Assembly (NCBI GenBank): GCA_003250395.1
Contig: QKGM01000004.1
Coordinates: forward strand, 38,646 to 102,645
Source: Bacteroidota bacterium
GTDB lineage: Bacteria > Bacteroidota > Bacteroidia > Bacteroidales > TTA-H9
DNA length: 64,000 bases
Reading direction: 5' to 3'
Numbering within the stretch: the first letter of the stretch is position 1; each line of letters begins with the position of its first letter. A model generated the notes under the pieces. The model made no database searches. It saw only the letters and a list, made by a program, of their open reading frames with translations, and was not told where the DNA came from. Positions 29,501-38,980 of this stretch are shown in pieces. The translations under genes and the position numbers were made by a program.

Positions 29501-31948
29501 TTATTCATATCTGATCGCTTCGACAGGATCAGTCATGGCAGATCTTACTGCATGCCAGGCTACAGTAAGGGAACCTACCAGTAACGAAGCAATTGCGGCT
29601 ATACCAAAAATCCAAAATTCAAATTCAATATGGTATGCGAAATTTTGTAACCATCGGTTCATGGTATACCAGGCCAATGGCCAGGCAATGAGGTTAGCTA
29701 TACCTATCCAAATCAAAAACGTCCGTAACAACATACTGGTAATAGTTGAAACAGATGCCCCAAGTACCTTCCGGATACCTATCTCCTTTGTCCGCTGTAC
29801 CACCATGAAGGAAACCAATCCGAAAAGCCCCATGCAACCAATAAGGATAGCAATCACTGAGAAAAATTTCACCAAACCCAATGTTCTGGCATCGCTTTCG
29901 TAATAATCTGACAACTCATCCTTATATGTATGGGCAGAAAAATAGGTATCCGGGAAATATCTTCGCCAGTAGCTTTCAGCAAGTGCAATCACTTTTGATT
30001 CTTGATTATCAACATACTGAATTATAGCAGTTACAAACCTTTTAGGTTCATGATAAAATGCTGTAGCCATCATCGGATCATGTAGAGAATATAGATTAAA
30101 ATCTTCAATTACACCAACAACAGTCGCATCATTTCCACTGATTAGTATTTTCTGCCTTACAGCATCAGCAGGGTCTTTGCATCCCATCATCTCAGTAGTT
30201 TTCCGATTGACAACCACTCCCCAGAAATCATCCTCCGATTTAACCCTCATGTGATTTGGTCGTTTATCAACACTGTCAGTTGTAGCTTTTTTAATCTCTT
30301 CCTTGAACCACTCACCTGCAATAAGTCTCAATCCGGTAGTTTTTAAATAATTCGAATCACAAGGTTTGAGATTTATCCTCATCTCCTCCTCATGCTTCTG
30401 ACCTGGCATCTGAAAGTTTGTAGTCATGTTTCTCCCTGAAGCCGGGCCTCCGATACCATAACTTACACTAATCACCACAGTATTTCCCATCAGATCGTTA
30501 CGCAAAGCATCTAATTTATCCTCTGACCTACTCGGCAATCCAATCATCATCCGTCCTTCTCTTGCAAACCCAAGGTCCTTGCTACGGATGTAATTCATCT
30601 GACGGGCGATAACCACCGTTGAAATAATTAGAACGATTGAAATAACAAACTGAAATACTACAAGACTGCTGTTTAAAGAAACCAATCCCTTCCGCCTGCC
30701 ATAGCTCTTTCCTTTTAAAGCCTTGATAGGATCAAATCCCGAAAGAATCATCGCAGGGTAAAACCCGGTAAGTATTACTACTACAAAAATAAGCAGGGGA
30801 ATGAATACAATGGCAAACCGACTGTTATACAACGATAAGGTTGAATTGATTCCCAAAAAGGTACTTAAATTGGGAAGGAAAACTTCAGCCAGAATAAGAC
30901 CACCTATTACTGCCATCAACGTTATAACACTTGTTTCAAGGATAAACTGCCTGAAAATATTCCCTTTCAAAGCACCCACAGCCTTCCTGATACCTACCTC
31001 TCTTGAACGGCGCATTGCCTGAGCTGTGGCGAGATTAACAAAATTGACAATACCAACCCCTAATATTAAAATCCCGATCAGAATATATACCCGTAAAGTC
31101 ATACGGCTGGTACTATATATACCGGAGATACTCGAATATTCAGGTTCAAAATGAGTGCTGGAGAGCGGCATTAAAAAATAGCGCCGGTTATCGTGTGCAC
31201 CATTATCCTTATTCTTAGCTTGCACCTGGGCAAGCCTGTAATCTGTCTCTGCAGTCGATTCATTCTCTCTTAGCAAAATGCAACACTCAAATCCCGACAG
31301 TGTTGTAGAAAAACTGTCATACTCAAAACCCATATACTCCCGATTTAGGAACCTGATCGGAATTATTATTGAAAACGGATTACTACTTTGTTTTGGAGGA
31401 TCCTCCAAAATTCCGGTTACTGTAACATATCGATTTTTCTCAAGCTTTATTACCTTACCTATGGGATCAATACTACCAAACAACTTGATCGCGGTACTTT
31501 TCGTCAAAACTACCGAAGACGGCTCGCGCAGGCAGCTTTCCGGGCTACCTTTATACCACTGATAATCAAATATATCAAAAAACAAGGAATCAACATACAA
31601 TATGTTGTTAAGTTGGAATACTTTCCCCTCGGCAACAACATCTTGTACAGCATCATTAAAATAGCGTGTGAGCTCTATCCCGGGATAATCGGCTCGCAAT
31701 GCTGCTCCTACAGGAAAAGGAACTGAACCATCCTGATCTGTTCCTTCGGCATTTACACTCTCCTGAACTACCCTGTAAATTCTGTCAGCTTTCTGATGAA
31801 ACCGGTCAAAGCCTCTTTCATATTCAACATAAAGAAAAATCATCACTGCAACACCAATCCCGATTGAAAGCCCTATAACATTAATTACAGTGAACAGTTT
31901 ATTACGCATAATACTGCGCATGGCTATACTAAGATAATTCTTCAACAT
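29501..31948 (-). CDS. ABC transporter permease, MacB-like with duplicated FtsX domains
   Basis: 815 aa with two 4-TM FtsX-like blocks, each preceded by a large periplasmic domain. The motif EIG(I/V)RK(A/V)(V/L)GA occurs twice. Confidence 0.85.
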   Translation of the reverse strand: MLKNYLSIAMRSIMRNKLFTVINVIGLSIGIGVAVMIFLYVEYERGFDRFHQKADRIYRVVQESVNAEGTDQDGSVPFPVGAALRADYPGIELTRYFNDAVQDVVAEGKVFQLNNILYVDSLFFDIFDYQWYKGSPESCLREPSSVVLTKSTAIKLFGSIDPIGKVIKLEKNRYVTVTGILEDPPKQSSNPFSIIIPIRFLNREYMGFEYDSFSTTLSGFECCILLRENESTAETDYRLAQVQAKNKDNGAHDNRRYFLMPLSSTHFEPEYSSISGIYSTSRMTLRVYILIGILILGVGIVNFVNLATAQAMRRSREVGIRKAVGALKGNIFRQFILETSVITLMAVIGGLILAEVFLPNLSTFLGINSTLSLYNSRFAIVFIPLLIFVVVILTGFYPAMILSGFDPIKALKGKSYGRRKGLVSLNSSLVVFQFVISIVLIISTVVIARQMNYIRSKDLGFAREGRMMIGLPSRSEDKLDALRNDLMGNTVVISVSYGIGGPASGRNMTTNFQMPGQKHEEEMRINLKPCDSNYLKTTGLRLIAGEWFKEEIKKATTDSVDKRPNHMRVKSEDDFWGVVVNRKTTEMMGCKDPADAVRQKILISGNDATVVGVIEDFNLYSLHDPMMATAFYHEPKRFVTAIIQYVDNQESKVIALAESYWRRYFPDTYFSAHTYKDELSDYYESDARTLGLVKFFSVIAILIGCMGLFGLVSFMVVQRTKEIGIRKVLGASVSTITSMLLRTFLIWIGIANLIAWPLAWYTMNRWLQNFAYHIEFEFWIFGIAAIASLLVGSLTVAWHAVRSAMTDPVEAIRYE

Positions 31949-31971
31949 ATCATTTCAGTTTTCATGATACA

Positions 31972-31988
31972 CTCAAGGATCGTGCCTT
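31972..31988 (-). promoter_or_regulatory. Candidate sigma-54 (-24/-12) promoter for the ABC permease gene
   Basis: The minus strand reads aaGGCACGatccTTGAg versus the consensus TGGCACG-N4-TTGCW, with correct spacing and the GC doublet read as GA. The -12 element lies 24 nt upstream of ATG 31948. A sigma-54 activator is encoded divergently. Confidence 0.45.
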
Positions 31989-32127
31989 AAATTACAACAC
32001 CCTGTATATTTAGTATTTACAATTAAAGACCCTAAGGACGACACCCTGTTTTGTTGTTTCGGAATGAAACGGTAGTCTGTAACACATCCGAACAATGTTT
32101 ACTTTTATAGCCTCATCCATATCAAAT

Positions 32128-33483
32128 ATGAATCTTTCTTCTCCATCCGGACATCTGTTAATTATTGACGATGACGAACACATCCTGATTACAACCAGAA
32201 TTTTGCTTAAAAGGTTGTTCTTTTCTGTCGATATCCTGACAATGCCCAAAGAACTCACGGCTAAACTCTTTGTCAGGAAATACGATGTGATACTCCTGGA
32301 TATGAACTTCCTGCCGGGTAATACTACCGGTGAAGAAGGATTGGATGTCCTCAGGCAAATAAGAAGTACCCAGCCTGAAGCCCGGGTTATCCTTATGACG
32401 GCCTATGGCGATATAAACCTCGCTGTGAAGGCAATGAAAAACGGAGCAACCGATTTTATTGTTAAACCGTGGGCAAACCAGGACTTACTATCTGCTGTTG
32501 AAACTGCCCGCAGGCTGGATACTTCCCGAAGCTACCAACCTGACAACACAACCTTTGAGCAAGAGCCATCCAGAATGATTATAGGTAGCTCCCCAACCAT
32601 GGAAGCACTATGGAAAATGGTAGCAAAGGTGGCCCCTACCGATGCAAACGTTTTGATAATGGGCGAAAACGGAACAGGAAAAGAACTGGTAGCCCGCGAA
32701 ATACATAATCTTTCGGGACGTGCTGAAGCACCTTTCATCCACATCGACTTAGGTGCTATTGCTGCCTCACTGTTCGAGGACGAACTCTTCGGTCATGAGA
32801 AAGGTGCTTTTACAGATGCTCGTGAATTGCGTTTGGGACCTTTCGAAAAAGCTTCTGGGGGGACATTGTTCCTCGATGAAATTGGAAATCTGCCCCTCAC
32901 TCTGCAAAGCAAATTATTAACTGCTCTGCAATCCCGGAAGGTTACCCGTCTAGGGTCAAATCGTCAGATTGATATTAATTTCAGGCTAATCTGCGCTACA
33001 AACAGCCAGTTAGGCGAGTTGGTAAAAACCCGGCAGTTTCGCGACGATCTGTACTTCCGGATAAATACTGTTGAACTCACTCTCCCTCCCCTTCGCGATC
33101 GCTGCGAAGATATCCCTGTTCTTGTTAATCATTTTCTTGAACGATATAGCTCACAATATAAAAAACCCACGCTTAAAATTGGAAATGAAATCATCAGAAG
33201 TATCCTCGCATACGAATGGCCTGGAAATATACGCGAGCTTCAACATATCATCGAACGGGCTGTCATAATGTGCGACAGTGAAAAAATTACAATAGCTGAT
33301 CTTCGCCTTCCTGTTCAACACGATTCAATAACTGGTAACAGCTCCCTTAACCTCGAGATGCTTGAAAAGGAAGCTATTCGCAAAGCACTGCTTACCCATG
33401 GAGGAAATCTTACCCAGGCAGCCCTGGAGCTTGGGCTTGGCCGTACAACCCTGTACCGCAAAATGGAAAAGTATGGCCTTTAA
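32128..33483 (+). CDS. Sigma-54-dependent response regulator (NtrC family: receiver, AAA+, Fis-type HTH)
   Basis: Receiver (LLIIDDDEH..DVILLDMNF), Walker A GENGTGKE, GAFTDA (GAFTGA variant), and C-terminal LGLGRTTLYRKMEKYGL. The start is set to ATG 32128. Confidence 0.85.
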   Translation: MNLSSPSGHLLIIDDDEHILITTRILLKRLFFSVDILTMPKELTAKLFVRKYDVILLDMNFLPGNTTGEEGLDVLRQIRSTQPEARVILMTAYGDINLAVKAMKNGATDFIVKPWANQDLLSAVETARRLDTSRSYQPDNTTFEQEPSRMIIGSSPTMEALWKMVAKVAPTDANVLIMGENGTGKELVAREIHNLSGRAEAPFIHIDLGAIAASLFEDELFGHEKGAFTDARELRLGPFEKASGGTLFLDEIGNLPLTLQSKLLTALQSRKVTRLGSNRQIDINFRLICATNSQLGELVKTRQFRDDLYFRINTVELTLPPLRDRCEDIPVLVNHFLERYSSQYKKPTLKIGNEIIRSILAYEWPGNIRELQHIIERAVIMCDSEKITIADLRLPVQHDSITGNSSLNLEMLEKEAIRKALLTHGGNLTQAALELGLGRTTLYRKMEKYGL

Positions 33484-34813
33484 ACACCATTTCAAACTGA
33501 TCTTCCGGGTTCTGCTCCTGGCCTCACTAATTATTCTGCTTACTATCTCCCTGCAGCAGGATAGATGGTTTGTAACCTCTTTCGTACTCGCATTTTTCAT
33601 CATATTATCGGTCCTGGAAATGATCTGGTTCATGGAGCGGTGGCGTCGCGAATTGAACCGATTTTTGTTACTTCTCCGTCACCGCGATTACTCCGGATTT
33701 GCCCCCGGAGGCGAAGCACCCGACGATTACCGTTCAACACTGGCTTCTATTGCCGATGAATTCAGAGCAGTAAGGCTCGAAAAAGAAAGGCATTATCAAT
33801 TCCTTCAGGCATTGACCCAGCATCTTCGTACTGCCATCATTTGCTTCCATCCCGACGGGAAAGTCGTTCTGGCCAATCAGGCTATTCACGACCTGCTTGG
33901 AATGGCTCTGATTTCTGAAATCAAACAGATAAAACGTGTAAGCGAAGCCCTTTACGACATCATTCAGGCACCTGAACAAAACAACCCAATCATTAAACTG
34001 GTTATCCGTGACAAACTTTACAGGCTTTCTGCACGTGGCACCAGCATCTCCTATGATCAGGAAATTGTTTCTATCGTATCTCTTCGTGAAATTGGATCGG
34101 AACTAGACGAAAATGAATCAGAATCGTGGAGAAAGCTCATACAGGTTCTCACCCATGAAATCATGAATTCGACAACGCCTGTTTCGTCCTTAAGCGAAGC
34201 CATTCAGCAAATGCTTGAAAACTATATACCCGATGCCGATGGTTCGGTCACACTTCCGGCCACCGACTTCACTGACCTATCCGACAGTATTAACAGCATC
34301 CGGTTCAGAAGTAAGGGACTTCAACAATTTGCCGAGACCTATAAAAATCTATCCAGGCTACCAAAACCAAACTTTGAACCATATCAGCTTACCAATCTGA
34401 TGCGCTATTTGAAAAACCTTCTTGACTCAGAATTTACATCAAGAAATATTAACCTGACTTTTCAGGTAGCCCCTGCCAACCTTACATTACTTGCCGATCA
34501 GGAAATGATCCAAAGGGTAATGATAAACCTGTTGCTCAACTCGATGTATGCAACCGAAACAATTCATGATGCACGAGTGCAAATCACGGCCTCACAATCA
34601 GAATCGGGAAGTATTCGCATTAGGGTGAAAGATAATGGCCACGGAATTGAACCAGCCCATTTCGAACAAATTTTCACACCTTTCTTCACCACCCGTAAAG
34701 GGGGTTCGGGCCTGGGTTTAAGCATATCACGCGAAATTATGCGACTGCACCGAGGCACGATCCATATACACTCTACCGTTGGGGCCGGTACTGAGGTAAT
34801 ACTTATGTTCTAA
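33473..34813 (+). CDS. Sensor histidine kinase (NtrB-like partner)
   Basis: Two N-terminal TM segments, an H-box LTHEIMNSTTP, and an ATPase with N, G1 (DNGHGI) and G2 (GGSGLGL) boxes. ATG 33473 overlaps the regulator stop (ATGGCCTTTAA). Confidence 0.8.
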   Translation: MAFKHHFKLIFRVLLLASLIILLTISLQQDRWFVTSFVLAFFIILSVLEMIWFMERWRRELNRFLLLLRHRDYSGFAPGGEAPDDYRSTLASIADEFRAVRLEKERHYQFLQALTQHLRTAIICFHPDGKVVLANQAIHDLLGMALISEIKQIKRVSEALYDIIQAPEQNNPIIKLVIRDKLYRLSARGTSISYDQEIVSIVSLREIGSELDENESESWRKLIQVLTHEIMNSTTPVSSLSEAIQQMLENYIPDADGSVTLPATDFTDLSDSINSIRFRSKGLQQFAETYKNLSRLPKPNFEPYQLTNLMRYLKNLLDSEFTSRNINLTFQVAPANLTLLADQEMIQRVMINLLLNSMYATETIHDARVQITASQSESGSIRIRVKDNGHGIEPAHFEQIFTPFFTTRKGGSGLGLSISREIMRLHRGTIHIHSTVGAGTEVILMF

Positions 34814-34882
34814 GAAACTGTAGCAGCCAGCCCGTATTCAGGATTCACCTCCCGGTTTTCGTCCGGAATCTGGTGTAAATTC

Positions 34883-35131
34883 TTAACCCGACTGATCCCT
34901 CTTTTCGGGTAATTCATTATTAATCATATATTTTCTTATACCATAGGCTAATGCCAATCCTAAACACATGAACAATCCTCCATTCAATGGTGCCCCGCCT
35001 CCTCCAGTCTGATTATCGGTCTGACTATGCTGAGGAGGTGGAGGTGGAGGATCTGCTTTTACTCTTCCTGTCAGAACAAAACTCATAAGCAAAAACAACA
35101 ATATTATATTTTTCAGGCTAAAACTCTTCAT
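34883..35131 (-). CDS. 82-aa signal-peptide protein with a Pro6 tract and a conserved C-terminal GG-TM-YGIRK motif (paralogue of 40652-40900)
   Basis: Starts 20 nt after the stop of the 853-aa T9SS gene. Its C-terminal 35 aa align with the other 82-aa ORF: AP(L/I)xGG(L/I)xxxLGLxxxYG(I/F)R(K/R)xM. Confidence 0.5.
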   Translation of the reverse strand: MKSFSLKNIILLFLLMSFVLTGRVKADPPPPPPQHSQTDNQTGGGGAPLNGGLFMCLGLALAYGIRKYMINNELPEKRDQSG

Positions 35132-35151
35132 AACTGTAGCTTAACAACTGG

Positions 35152-37713
35152 TTAATAAAACACAACACTCCTTGAATAAATACCATCCCGTGCCACGATC
35201 CGAACCACGTAGATACCACCTGGCAGATTAATCAACCAACTGTTATCGGGTTCATCATGTATAGCATACCTTAACATTACCTGTCCGGCCATATTAATAA
35301 TTTCTACACCGGATTCCCCGGCATCACATACATGTAGTACGTTGCCAACAGTATATACATGAATCCGGTCAGTAATAGGTGTACCTATCCCTACATCTCC
35401 CACCAACAGCTTAAAACGTAGTGGCAGATCGGCTTCAGATGAAGTGAAATTATAGACCGAATCAAGTGAAAGATTCTGATTTACGCCTGTCTTCAAATCA
35501 CAAAGAATCACATCATGCTGAATGGACTTCAAGCCGCAAACTTCAAGTGTATAGGCATCTGACTCATTTTTAATAAAAACAAGAGGTACCTCTGCAGGTT
35601 GGATCGCATCTGACAAGGTATTATAACTCAACCATTCCTCACCTGCAACCGAACAGAATACAGGCCCGTTCCCTTTCAAAAAATGTCCATCACAACATGA
35701 ATCAAATCCCGAAGTTCCCATCGGGCTAAACTCTACAACTGTCTCTTTTCCCGAAGAACGATCGGCAGCCATCGCTGTGAGCTTAAGGCAGGACTCTAAC
35801 GATGCTTTATACCAAACCTGAGCACTGTGTACTCGTTTTGCTGCAGGAATTGCAACCGAAGCGTTATTGTTCAATACCTCTACCATAAATCCATTCATCG
35901 AAGGAATCGGCCCATTTTGAATAGCAGAATAATCATTCAATGTTTCATTCCATATCTGGCATACGGCTCCTGTATTATAGTTTTCCCAGCTATTATCCCA
36001 CATCAGGGCACTGGGGTAAGGATTGCCCAGCAAATGCCAAGCCTGTGAAACAGAGGCATCTGTTTTGGTAAGACCCGTGATCGCATAACTACCCACAGTC
36101 ATCACACCTTTAAACTGCTTCATTCCCGTTTGTTCATAGGCAACCAAATAACCATGTCCCGTCCTGAATTCCGTTGTCCCGCCGTTCACCTCGTAAAAGG
36201 TGGGTGAAACCGTGGTATTCTTATAGTTAACCCAAACAGAATAGGGCTCCGACCATGAAAAAAAATCAAAATCGTTCCCAACCCCACCAGTAACGAAACC
36301 TCCATCTGCATTAATCTCTTGCCCTGCTACCGGCGAGGACATCAGGTGCCAGCCATTTCCCCCTTCGCTCCATCCTTCTATGGTTTGCTCTATCGTGGCA
36401 TTTACCCCCGCGGTAAGCAATATCAACGATCCGCCCTGCTCGATCTTCAACTCTTCCGCCATTCCCCCGGTCGAAAGAGTTCCCATAACTGTCAGGTTGC
36501 TGCCTGTCTGAAGAGTCAGTGTTCCTGATGAAATCCTCAGTCCTCCCGACAGAACGGCATTTGTAGCATTAAAAATCACCCCTTCAGGGTTTTGTAGTTC
36601 CAGGGTTGCATACCCTGTTGAAGTAATGGTGCCACCTCCTGAAATGGTTTGTTGCGCGGGGCCATTTAAATAAATTGTTCCTGAACTGGTAGGTGCAAAA
36701 TTTAATGCAGCCTCTGAGGCAACTGATATGTTACCCTTAATTGAATGACCTCCTGTCCCAACCATTTTCAAATTCAATGTGCCATTGGTAATCGTCAGGT
36801 TGTCTATTGAGTAAGGGTTATCACCATTGGGCGAAAGAGTCTTCATTGAAGCATCTACCTCGATGTCGGCAAATGTGCGTCCTGAAAACTTAATTGAAAG
36901 GTCGGTTGTCAGCTTAAACAAACTCCCGGTCTGAAAAACGATCACACTTCCTGGCGAAGCCAAAGCAAACGGATCCTCCCCCGTCATCGATATGTAACAG
37001 GAGCCCGCCTGAAAAACAACTGAATTCTGAGTAGTCTTTCCGAAGGGATTGCCATTGAAACCAGTACCTGCTGTGAAGCATGATCCTGCCTGAAACAATA
37101 TTCCATTTTCATCAGCCGATACAATCCGTTGAGTGCCATTGGTAAATTCAACTGAACCTCCAATTACCGCTGTTGCATTGTGTTCAAGAGCAATGGTCAG
37201 CCCTAATGATCCCATAATATTTAACTGTGATCCTGCCTCTACCACCAGATCATCTCCAGAACCACCAGTCAATGTCAAAGTCCGAGTACTGATCGGCATC
37301 AGGGTAATACTTGTATTTCCCGTAATAGAAATCTGTCCTACCCGTTCTGATGGTACATTCGTGATAACACGCGGGAACCCTATCCTGAAAATCAGGATAT
37401 CCGTTTCGGCAGGCGATTCACGTGACGGATTCCAGTTAACGGGATCCACCCATGAAGCAGAGCTTACTCCAATCCACTCATAAGTTTGAACTATAGCTTT
37501 TCCGGTGGTTGTAATATCCTGCCCGAAAGCAAACCCATCCTTACTAAATACTGAGATTTGACTGATAGATAATGGAGCAAGACAAGAACGGCTACTTTTT
37601 TTATCTTCCTCTCTTAATTTGTGAACCATTGCCATTGAATGCTGCCCCCAACCCAGTTGCATTACAAGTCCGGGGATGAAGACAAGCAATGTACGCAAAT
37701 AATACATTTTCAT
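35152..37713 (-). CDS. T9SS cargo protein with adhesin-like beta-helical G/T/S-rich repeats
   Basis: Signal peptide, a repetitive TLTGGSGDDLVVEAGSQLNI-type passenger-like region, and a degenerate CTD (..IINMAGQVMLRY...GGIYVVRIV). Confidence 0.75.
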   Translation of the reverse strand: MKMYYLRTLLVFIPGLVMQLGWGQHSMAMVHKLREEDKKSSRSCLAPLSISQISVFSKDGFAFGQDITTTGKAIVQTYEWIGVSSASWVDPVNWNPSRESPAETDILIFRIGFPRVITNVPSERVGQISITGNTSITLMPISTRTLTLTGGSGDDLVVEAGSQLNIMGSLGLTIALEHNATAVIGGSVEFTNGTQRIVSADENGILFQAGSCFTAGTGFNGNPFGKTTQNSVVFQAGSCYISMTGEDPFALASPGSVIVFQTGSLFKLTTDLSIKFSGRTFADIEVDASMKTLSPNGDNPYSIDNLTITNGTLNLKMVGTGGHSIKGNISVASEAALNFAPTSSGTIYLNGPAQQTISGGGTITSTGYATLELQNPEGVIFNATNAVLSGGLRISSGTLTLQTGSNLTVMGTLSTGGMAEELKIEQGGSLILLTAGVNATIEQTIEGWSEGGNGWHLMSSPVAGQEINADGGFVTGGVGNDFDFFSWSEPYSVWVNYKNTTVSPTFYEVNGGTTEFRTGHGYLVAYEQTGMKQFKGVMTVGSYAITGLTKTDASVSQAWHLLGNPYPSALMWDNSWENYNTGAVCQIWNETLNDYSAIQNGPIPSMNGFMVEVLNNNASVAIPAAKRVHSAQVWYKASLESCLKLTAMAADRSSGKETVVEFSPMGTSGFDSCCDGHFLKGNGPVFCSVAGEEWLSYNTLSDAIQPAEVPLVFIKNESDAYTLEVCGLKSIQHDVILCDLKTGVNQNLSLDSVYNFTSSEADLPLRFKLLVGDVGIGTPITDRIHVYTVGNVLHVCDAGESGVEIINMAGQVMLRYAIHDEPDNSWLINLPGGIYVVRIVARDGIYSRSVVFY

Positions 37714-38695
37714 TACACATTGAAATTTGGTTTTAGAATTTTAATATGGTAAACCATTCAGATTTACCGGTAACTAATATTCCGGCAGTTGTCAATCACG
37801 ATGAATTATCCTGAAAACTACTCTTCCTGACAGAACCGCTGGTTTGTCCGTATCCGGGTTGAATAACAGGCAAACTCCCATGCTTGCCCGACTCGTATCT
37901 GATCCTCCTTAGTAAAAGGTGGCCGTTGCGCTGTTGCAATGGCTGCCCCGTGATCCCGGCAATTCATGTCAGATGATAAAATGCTTGCCTGTTGCCGTCC
38001 GGTTGCAGCCCAGAATAATCAATTTTCCATTCGTTAATTCAAATGATACACTAATCTCATGTTGCTACCATATCTCAAAACAATTAAGGGTTTAGGTAAT
38101 GGATTTGTATTCTACACCTATCTTGACAGGAGTTCCAAAGAAATTCTGTCCTGATGTTCTCAGAAGTATTTCCGGTGTTTTGCTGTATGCTCCGGACTTA
38201 GTCGTCACCCCTCTCTTATCGAAGGGTTAAAAGTTCTGCGCTCTGATAAAACTCCGATAACCGGAATGAGAGTAATGCACACTTATTCAGATTGTCAGAT
38301 CGTGGATTAAAAGTTCAAGAACAAAATTAACTCATTTTATATAAAATTGAATTACAATGAGAAAAAAACTTTGACATGTTCTTCTGCTAAACTACCCCCC
38401 CTTTCAACGAATTTTCGGGTATCTAAATAAAAAATCAGCAATAAATGCGAACATGTTATCTGCCATCATGGAAATAAACCCACTATACGCCTGACAAATA
38501 TTCCTTCAGGTTGTTCAACATTAAAACAGCGCAACACATTCATCCAAATCATCCAGTATCTTCATGTGAGTCTCTGTTCTCTGATTCCCTCTAATTTAGA
38601 TTCAATTGCCTGGTTTAATCAATAAATTTCTCCTATCAGCGCTTTCCCGGAGAGCATACCTGCAGCTCTGATTTTTTTCGGACATTAAACAACTT

Positions 38696-38980
38696 CCCAC
38701 ATCCCAGGCATCCTTTCATGACCAATTCTGTTGCTCTTAAAGAAAATTTCAGCTTTTTGCATGCTTTTTTGCATGATGCATTGCCAAGCTAACCCGTTTT
38801 ATAACCAACTGATTTTATGTTATCTGTAAGCTGTTTCTATACCGGTGAAACCCAGAAGATATATTAAAGATATATCAAAGATACCTTTTCGATATGAAAT
38901 GCCTATGAATACAGTAACGTCTCGATATCATACATATAAAAAAAACCTGAATGTGTAAAATCCCTGGCACAATTCCGGCA
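38696..38980. repeat. Copy B of the two-copy conserved non-coding module
   Basis: See copy A. It contains tatcaaagata (38873-38883), three 11-nt phased RAAG units (38855, 38866, 38877) and cTGGCACaattccgGCA (38964-38980), which has sigma-54-type GG-N10-GC spacing. Confidence 0.6.

Noticed and set aside
33362-33472. N-terminal extension of the histidine kinase ORF overlapping the response regulator by 122 nt
   Set aside because: The extension has no TM or signal features. ATG 33473 gives the classic 4-codon overlap with the regulator stop and begins right before the first TM segment.
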